A stretch of 64,000 nt of DNA, taken from the NCBI GenBank assembly GCA_964016885.1, contig OZ024754.1, positions 42,718,001 through 42,782,000 on the forward strand, written 5' to 3'. A program made the position numbers and the translations under genes. This document shows, in pieces, positions 56,000-64,000 of the stretch (its first letter is position 1; every line of letters starts with the position of its first letter). This DNA comes from Eledone cirrhosa (lineage: Eukaryota). Under the pieces are notes generated by a model that did not search any database, was not told the DNA's origin, and saw only the letters and a program-made list of their open reading frames with translations.

Positions 56000-56415
56000 G
56001 AAAGACTACTTCAATTTAACACTTTTATTCAATAAATCATCTCAATATGGACTTCTCTCTTTTACAATAATTTTTATATTTTAATTCTTTATTACATTCA
56101 ACGATACAACAGAGTATTTTCAAGTATTTTAGGTAAATATTGAAGAGTATCCTGTCTAGCTATCTAAATTATATAAACAAAGAGACGACGTAGTTTTACT
56201 GATAGGAAAGCCAACGGGTATACCACACTTTCGTATTTAACGTGGGCTGATTTAAGTTAGATAGAAAAGTATATTAAGCAACCTAAAATACTTGAAAATA
56301 CTCTGCTGTACCGTTGGAAGTAATAAAATATTAAAATATAAAAATTATTGTAAAAGAGAGAAGTCCATATTGAGATGATTTATTGAATAAAAGTGTTAAA
56401 TTTTAATAGTCTTTC

Positions 56416-56535
56416 GTTTACGGCCATATCACGCTGAAAACACCGGTTCTCGTCCGATCACCGAAGTTAAGCAACGTAGAGCCTAGTTAGTACTTGGATG
56501 GGTGACCGCTTGGGAACCCTGGGTGCCGTAAGCGT
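56416..56535 (+). rRNA. 5S rRNA copy 8
   Basis: Same 120-nt sequence, shorter T-tract terminator. Confidence 0.96.
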
Positions 56536-58024
56536 TTATCATTTTTTAATTAATATCTTGTATATCTAGTTTAGTTAGGAAAATGTAATGGATGTATTTT
56601 ATGTATCTTAGTTTGTTGCTTTCAATACTTATTTTGTTCGGTTTGTTAGTTGATTCATCCATGTTTAGTATATTTGCAGTAAGCTACACCTGAACTGATT
56701 CTGAATAAATGTAATTTTTCTGTAAGGAAGGTAGTTTCAACAACTTATCTAAAACTACAAAAGGTGTTTATTAAATTAGACTGTCTGCTCCATCTAATTA
56801 AGTGATTCACAATTAAATTAATGAGTGGTTAAGCTTGGATTTTAAAGCTGTCTTAATGGACGAATAACTAGTGGTGATTAGGCATTCTAAGTCGTTAATT
56901 TAAATAGTCTGTTCTGTGTATTAGTCCCCTTATTTCCCTTCAGCCGAACAGGTTTTCTTGTACAGCTAATTATTTCTGACAGAACTGAGTGAATATTTTT
57001 ATCAGACAAAAATCAGGGATTGCATCATCAAGTAGTCTTTAAGTGAAACGAAGTTGAATAAATACGGCAAACTAAGTAGTTTTGGTTAGATATAACATTT
57101 GCTTCAGTAAAAGGAAAAAATATGATTACTATCAAGTAGACTCACAGATGGAGTATAAAAAACGAGCGGCTGAACGAAATTAACTTCTGTAGTGTTTATA
57201 AGTGAAACTAAAAGAAAACAATCCGTTATTTTTTTCATGTAGGTAGATGTTCGTCCACTTATTCCTATGTGGGTCGTGGGGGGGCAGACCTCAAACACTC
57301 CAGTGGGTACTGTCAGAAGCAAGTCTCCAACTGATGCTGCTGTATGTTAGCTGGTTTTGCCCGTAAAATCTATCCAGCTATTCTAATCACGTGTCCATGG
57401 TATCGGAACTGTGATCTGAATTCAGAGAAGTAGATAATAGTTAAAATAGCTAAGATATTAAATAAAAAAGGGGTGAAAGGTATGTAGTTTTTGTGGGGGG
57501 GAGAAGTGTAGCCGGTAAGAATGTCAGACACGAGTTGTGGCCTTTTACGGTCCGAGTTAAGACAATTTGAAATCTTCCACCATGAATTGTTAAAAAACAA
57601 ATCAATCATTTAGTTACACACACACATCTGCACGTAAATGCATAAACAGATACAGACAACAGAAGTGGAAACCACACAATCTACTCATACATATTCATAA
57701 ATACACACAAAATAATTATTACAATCACACACATGAATTGAGGAAGGAGGGGCTGCTGAGATGCTATAGCGATGTGAGTTACCTCCCTCAAGTCTTTACC
57801 AGCCACATAACCTATTTATTTTAAAATATCATTCCTTCCGGCTACGGTAGAAGTGACCCTCGCATTTACACTAGAAAATATTTATTAACACAGATTTGGT
57901 TGCTTTTTCTAGCAACTAATAAAATAATTTAATAGAGAATTAAAACATAAAAATTATTGTAAACGAGAGAAGTCCATATTGAGATGATTTATTGAATAAA
58001 AGTGTTAAATTGAAGTAGTCTTTC

Positions 58025-58144
58025 GTTTACGGCCATATCACGCTGAAAACACCGGTTCTCGTCCGATCACCGAAGTTAAGCAACGTAGAGCCTAGTTAGT
58101 ACTTGGATGGGTGACCGCTTGGGAACCCTGGGTGCCGTAAGCGT
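58025..58144 (+). rRNA. 5S rRNA copy 9 (orphan, no divergent partner)
   Basis: Same 120-nt sequence; only ~90 bp of the upstream arm retained. Confidence 0.96.
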
Positions 58145-58935
58145 TTATCATTTTCTTTTTTTTAATTAATAAGCTTGTATTTTAAATATAATTGGCAGTG
58201 AGAAAATAATCATGTTCCGAATGTTTTTCATTTTCTTTAAATATCAGCAATAAATACACTTTATCTAAATATCTATGCTAGAAAATATTCATTGAAGACA
58301 GATTTGGCTGCTGTTTCTAGCAGCTAAAATGACTACATTTAGTTACAGGAGTTCCAAATGAACATAATCGACAAGTTGACAGCTAGAAAATATTCATTGA
58401 AGACAGATTGAAGTCCTTTGTCAGTGGCCCAGCTCCTGCAAACCTCTTCAAAGCTACAGGCTGGAAAAACATAGTTTCTCGATAAATTCCGATATTTTAA
58501 AATTCTGTTCCGTCCGGCTACGGTAATAGTGGACTTCGCATTTACTCTAGAAAATATTTAACATAGATTTCGCTGCTTTTTCTAGCAGCTAAAACGACCA
58601 CATTTGTTTACAGGAGTTCGAATTGAAGAAGATTGACATGTATAATAAGAAACTTAAAGAGTATCGTGCCTCGTTATCTGACTAAATTATATAAACATAG
58701 AGACGACGCAAGTTTTAATGATAGGAATATGAACGGGTATACCACACATTCGAGGTTAGCGTGGGCTGATTTAAGTTTGATGAAAAAAATATGAAGCAAC
58801 CTAAAGTACTTGAGGAGACTTGTATCGTTGGAAGTAGTCGAAAAAAGATTGCGAACATAATTATTTTCTCACTGCCAAGGATATTTAAAATACCAGCTTT
58901 TTAATGTAGTTAATTTAAAAAAAAAAAAAAGATAA

Positions 58936-59055
58936 ACGCTTACGGCACCCAGGGTTCCCAAGCGGTCACCCATCCAAGTACTAACTAGGCTCTACGTTGC
59001 TTAACTTCGGTGATCGGACGAGAACCGGTGTTTTCAGCGTGATATGGCCGTAAAC
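58936..59055 (-). rRNA. 5S rRNA copy 10
   Basis: Same 120-nt sequence, poly-T terminator. Confidence 0.97.
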
Positions 59056-59470
59056 GAAAGACTACTTCAATTTAACACTTTTATTCAATAAATCATCTCA
59101 ATATGGACTTCTCTCTTTTACAATAATTTTTATATTTTAATATTTTATTACTTCCAACGATACAACAGAGTATTTTCAAGTATTTTAGGTAAATATTGAA
59201 GAGTATCGTGTGCAGCTATCTAAATTATATAAACAAAGAGACTACGTAGTTTTACTGATAAGAAAGCCAACGGGTATACCACACTTTCGTATTTAACGTG
59301 GGCTGATTTAAGTTAGATAGAAAAGAATATTAAGCAACCTAAAATACTTGAAAATACTCTGTTGTATCGTTGGAAGTAATAAAATATTAAAATATAAAAA
59401 TTATTGTAAAAGAAAGAAGTCCATATTGAGATGATTTATGAATAAAAGTGTTAAATTGAAGTAGTCTTTC

Positions 59471-59590
59471 GTTTACGGCCATATCACGCTGAAAACACCG
59501 GTTCTCGTCCGATCACCGAAGTTAAGCAACGTAGAGCCTAGTTAGTACTTGGATGGGTGACCGCTTGGGAACCCTGGGTGCCGTAAGCGT
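59471..59590 (+). rRNA. 5S rRNA copy 11
   Basis: Same 120-nt sequence, poly-T terminator. Confidence 0.97.
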
Positions 59591-60639
59591 TTATTTTTTT
59601 TTTTTTTTTATTAATAAGCTTGTATTTTAAATATAATTGGCAGTGAGAAAATAATCATGTTCCGAATGTTTTTCATTTTCTTTAAATATCACCTGTCAAT
59701 ACATACTACTTAGTTAAATACCTGTGCTAGAAAATATTTATTTAACAGATTTGGCTGCTATTTAAAATTAACTACATGAATAAAACTTGTATTTTAGATA
59801 ACATTAGCAGTGAGAAAATAATCATATTCCTAATATTTTTCTTTCTTTAAATATCACCAATAAATACACTTTATCTAAATACCTATGCTAGAAAATATTC
59901 ATTGAAGACAGATTTGGCTGCTGTTTCTACCAGGTAAAATGACTACATCTGTTTATAGGAGTTCCAAATTAACATAATCGACAAGTATAATAATAAACTG
60001 GGAAACATTGAAGTCCTTTGTCAGTGGCCCAGCTCCTGCAAACCTCTTCAAAGCTACATGCTGCAAAAACATAGTTTCTCGATAAATTTCGATATTTTAA
60101 AATTCCGTTCCGTCCGGCTACGGTAATAGTGGACTTCGCATTTACTCTAGAAAATATTTAACATAGATTTCGCTGCTTTTTCTAGCAGCTAAAACAACCA
60201 CATTTGTTTACAGGAGTCCGAATTGAACAAAATTGACATGTATAATAAGAAACTGGTAAATATTAAAGAGTATCGTGCCTTGACTAAATTATATAAACAT
60301 AGAGACGACACAAATTTTAATGATAGGAATATGAACGGGTGTACGACCCTCTACCGATACTGCCAATTCACCCAAAACAATGTGGTGTTTAATGTTATCT
60401 ACCTAAAAAAGGAAAATAAATATGACACACACCCACTCCCCTATATGTTCTATGAAACATTTTCTAAGGTTTGCCTTTTATTCTGATCACATCAAACAAT
60501 CGCACACACACAATTAAATGCGGCCCGCGTAAAGGTTTTTTACAACGCGAGCATGTTTTATGCGCAATTAATGGTGTGTGGCTCTCAGACAACATGTGAC
60601 CCTCGGTTTGACATACCTGGTCTAAAGAACTTTCAATAG

Positions 60640-61100
60640 CCACCTGTTAATACATTACTTCATTGTTGCCTCAAGTATTTTCCAGCAGGTCCTGTCAGGA
60701 TTAACTGTCTCCAATTGCTCCATCTTCATCAAACGAGATCAGCTGGGGTCACCTGTAGATTTGTTTTCCCCTTAAAATCTGTGTAGCCATTCTTTCCTGA
60801 CACATTCTGGCCAGTGTCTGAGCTGTGATCTGTCAATCTGGAGAAGTAGTGACTCTACTCGGAGTAACTCCCTGATTTCAAGCTACACCACTATATTGCG
60901 TAATGTTACGCCAAAGATCTCCATTTTGGCCGCTTGTATTCATGATGCTATTCTTTCGGCCCTGACCATAGCTAAGGGGTTCACTTGGATACTGAATTAC
61001 TTCTACACCAACCTCACTTCTGATTACCGAATGCTGAAGCTGGCACTTGACTGCACCAGAATAAAGAAGTCAAATGTTAAACTTCCATATTCTTAACATT
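60640..61100 (-). mobile_element. Degenerate RTE-type LINE 3' fragment
   Basis: Minus-strand remnants IFGVTLRNI, ELLRVESLLLQIDRSQLR and ARMCQERM. Confidence 0.5.
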
Positions 61101-61554
61101 CAAACATCCCCTTTCTACCTTTTCCAGTCCAGTCCGAATTTCTTTCATCATACACTTCCTTAAAAATATGAAAGAGCAATAACTATCAAAGACTAGCTTT
61201 GAGTTGCCAAACTGATTAAAAAGAATGGTGCGTAACGTAAGAAGGATGTTAAAACTTACACCAGCGATCTCGTTCCCTCTTCATTCATAATGTTTACATT
61301 TTCCATTATATCCATTGAATTACGAAAGGTTTTGATTTCTTTGTACTATTAGAATTGTGTCTGTTCTTATCAAGATCGATACATTGGTAAAATATACATA
61401 GCTATGAGTCAAATGGATACGTAGATTTATTTTGAAACTGATATTTAAACATTTCATTTCTAACCTCAAAGTAAAAATAATGCATTAGCAAAAACTAGAA
61501 TTCCATATCTATATCAAAATTAAATCAAAGAGATGACTTTAGAGAGAGTTTGTG

Positions 61555-61570
61555 GGCCCTAAAAAGAGCC
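61555..61570 (-). promoter_or_regulatory. Histone 3' stem-loop (H2B)
   Basis: GGCTCTTTTTAGGGCC preceded by AAAAC. Confidence 0.93.
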
Positions 61571-61599
61571 GTTTTACCAGTATTACAAACAGTAGTAGT

Positions 61600-61974
61600 C
61601 TACTTGCTACTGGTATATTTGGTGACAGCCTTTGTACCTTCAGAGACAGCATGTTTAGCTAATTCACCAGGAAGGAGAAGACGGACAGCGGTCTGGACTT
61701 CACGGCTACTAATGGTTGACCGTTTGTTGTAGTGAGCCAAACGACTAGATTCATTAGCTATTCTTTCGAACAGATCGTTAACAAAGCTGTTCATGATAGA
61801 CATAGCTTTACTGGAAATACCAGTGTCGGGGTGGACTTGTTTCATTACTTTGTAAATATAGATGGAGTAGCTTTCCTTCCTCTTCCTCTTCTTTTTCTTC
61901 TCTCCAGTACGTGGAGGTTTAGCCTTAGCGGCTTTCTTAGCTCCTTTCGATGGTGCTGCTGGTGCAGGTGGCAT
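61600..61974 (-). CDS. H2B: Histone H2B
   Basis: [14 protein letters not shown]...[27 protein letters not shown]...VTKYTSSK; intronless; stem-loop. Confidence 0.98.
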   Translation of the reverse strand: MPPAPAAPSKGAKKAAKAKPPRTGEKKKKRKRKESYSIYIYKVMKQVHPDTGISSKAMSIMNSFVNDLFERIANESSRLAHYNKRSTISSREVQTAVRLLLPGELAKHAVSEGTKAVTKYTSSK

Positions 61975-62257
61975 GATTGATTCTAAATCAAATAATTGCT
62001 GTACAACTACTCACGATTCTATTTATAGTTGACAAGTAGGCTCACCAGAACACTTTCTCTCGGCGACTTAAACCTCTCGAATTTCATTGGTAGAAATTGC
62101 TGTAACTGTAAGTCACGTGATGCTCACTATGTTATTTCCCGCATTTTTTGGCTGCCACTGACAGTTTCTGGCGGCAATCGTTGTTTATTTAAAGGCAGAA
62201 AGTAACTTCTGTTAACATATTGGCTTATTTTCATCGAATACTTCATCTTATAGAATC
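61975..62257. promoter_or_regulatory. Bidirectional H2B/H2A promoter
   Basis: TATAAATA on minus at ~62020-62027, CCAAT on minus at ~62086, TCACGTGA at 62113, TATTTAAA at ~62186. Confidence 0.75.
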
Positions 62258-62635
62258 ATGTCTGGACGTGGTAAAGGAGGTAAAGTTAAGGGAAAGAGCA
62301 AGACTCGTTCATCTCGTGCCGGACTTCAGTTCCCTGTTGGTCGTATCCATCGTCTTCTCCGTAAAGGAAACTATGCCCAACGTATCGGTGCTGGTGCCCC
62401 AGTCTACATGGCCGCTGTAATGGAATATTTAGCTGCTGAGGTGTTGGAATTGGCAGGAAATGCTGCCAGAGATAACAAGAAATCCAGAATTATTCCCCGT
62501 CATTTACAATTGGCCATCCGTAACGACGAAGAATTGAACAAACTTTTGTCCGGAGTGACCATTGCCCAGGGTGGTGTTCTTCCCAACATCCAGGCTGTAC
62601 TTCTCCCCAAGAAGACCCAGAAAGCCGCCAAGTAA
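62258..62635 (+). CDS. H2A: Histone H2A (canonical type)
   Basis: [32 protein letters not shown]...[11 protein letters not shown]; no SQEY tail; stem-loop. Confidence 0.98.
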   Translation: MSGRGKGGKVKGKSKTRSSRAGLQFPVGRIHRLLRKGNYAQRIGAGAPVYMAAVMEYLAAEVLELAGNAARDNKKSRIIPRHLQLAIRNDEELNKLLSGVTIAQGGVLPNIQAVLLPKKTQKAAK

Positions 62636-62671
62636 ATACATCATTAAAAATAATTGTATTTTACTATCAAC

Positions 62672-62687
62672 GGCCCTTTTTAGGGCC
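62672..62687 (+). promoter_or_regulatory. Histone 3' stem-loop (H2A)
   Basis: GGCCCTTTTTAGGGCC preceded by CAAC. Confidence 0.94.
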
Positions 62688-63234
62688 TCCCAAGTTTTAC
62701 GTATTGTTTCAACTCCGATAGTTCATAGACTGCGATTTGTTTTGTTTATTTTAATTTCCGACGCTAATGTATAGGAATGACACCATTTATTTAGAAAAGT
62801 ACAGTGTAAAATATTTTATTTACAATTGTATAAAATTATGATTATAGAACGAAAACAATGGTATATACACATTTTAACGCATAAGAGAGAATGGTGGGGC
62901 GAAATGACTAGACTTTTGAGGCGGGAGAGGGCAAGACGATGGGGGTGGGGTGATCAGTATTAACTCTGTTGGGAAGGTGGGGTGGATGAATAGGGCTAAT
63001 TTTGACAACCCGGCGATGGGGGTGGAAGGGAACTCTTATGCCTGGCTACTGTTTGTATGAGATATATATTTAAAATTCGGAGAAAATGACTAGTGACGTA
63101 AAGATCAAAGTTACAGAATAATACAAATTTTATTAATTTTAAGAAATATAAATTTAATTGAACAATAATGATAAAGGAAAGACAAAAGAGGGGGTGCGAC
63201 AATCGGTCGCACCTCACACCTTAGGGGTTAACTA

Positions 63235-63560
63235 CAGACTTTGAAGCAAGCCAACACGCTCGCAACATTACCACGGATGATGGCGAGGTTAAGGTCATGA
63301 AATAACTAGGTACCCCACGGGCATCACCTGACACCTCAGTAACGCTGGTGATAGCGAGGCTAAGGCGCTGAAATAACCAGGTACCCTCACGGGCATCACC
63401 TGACACCTCAGTAAGGCTGGTGATGGCGAGGATAAGGCGCTGAAATAACCAGGCACCCTCACGGGCATCACCTGACACCCCAGTAAGGCTGGTTAAGGCG
63501 CTGAAATAACCAGGTACCCTCACGGGCACCACCTGACAGCTCAGTAAGGTGAGCCGCCAG
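63235..63560 (-). repeat. 72-bp tandem repeat derived from a CRE-like retrotransposon C-terminus
   Basis: Unit encodes LTEVSGDAREG(A/T)WLFQRLSLAITS and ends in RGNVASVLAC. Confidence 0.72.
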
Positions 63561-63875
63561 TGATGACAAGAACTTCGCTGTCAGTAGCCCAACTTCAAAC
63601 GTCTCGAACTCTGGAAAACGCCTGGAAAAAATAACTTCATAGGTCCATTTGTAAATAAACTGATTTATAGCTGAAATATGAAGTTTTCTTTTAAATGTTG
63701 TTCACATTAGGTTGGAAATATTAAATACCGTTTTAACTATTAAGGATGGAATAAGTAAATCCATAACATTTTGACTAAAGGTAATTGCATAAAATTCTTG
63801 GTTATTACTAGTATGCTACTAAATCTAATTTCTGTAGTCTGCCTGATAAGTGACGGTAAAAACATCTAAGTAAAT

Positions 63876-64000
63876 AATTGTTTCTACTTTAGGCACAAGG
63901 CCAGCAAATAACTCTACATTACTGGTACTTTATTTTATCGACCCCGTAAGGATGAAAGGCAAAGTTAACCTCGGCGGGATTTGAACTCAGACTGTAAAGG
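63876..64000 (-). mobile_element. SINE family A (truncated by window end)
   Basis: Reverse complement of consensus. Confidence 0.85.

Larger units (their letters stand above)
49927..60342. repeat. 5S rDNA array with repeated head-to-head (415-416 bp) and tail-to-tail (791-1033 bp) spacers
   Basis: Spacer sequences recur with high similarity in both orientations. Confidence 0.92.

Noticed and set aside
57230-57290. GIY-YIG-like peptide CSSTYSYVGR in the island within the 5S array
   Set aside because: Too short, with no supporting ORF; cannot be supported without a profile search
62700-64000. Histone H1 gene
   Set aside because: No Lys/Ala-rich ORF or further stem-loop in the window

Overview
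AT-rich animal genomic DNA, probably from a coleoid cephalopod (octopus-like); the taxon is inferred from the repeat families and 5S sequence, not verified. It holds three intact spliced genes rebuilt by hand from splice sites: HDHD5/CECR5 (minus, 8 coding exons), DCPS (plus, 4 exons, head-to-head with HDHD5) and SLC35E3 (minus, 6 exons, one U12-type intron). These are followed by a split replication-dependent core histone cluster: a divergent H3<-/->H4 pair and a divergent H2B<-/->H2A pair, each gene with a 3' stem-loop and no H1 in the window. The two pairs are separated by about 10 kb holding 11 apparently identical 5S rRNA genes, arranged as five head-to-head pairs plus one orphan rather than as a tandem array. 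The array includes a ~4 kb palindrome and spacers present in both orientations. Introns and intergenic DNA are full of tRNA-derived SINEs, TTAA (piggyBac-type) MITEs, RTE, CR1/L2 and CRE-like LINE fragments, minisatellites, and TA-embedded foldback hairpins with hammerhead-like core remnants.
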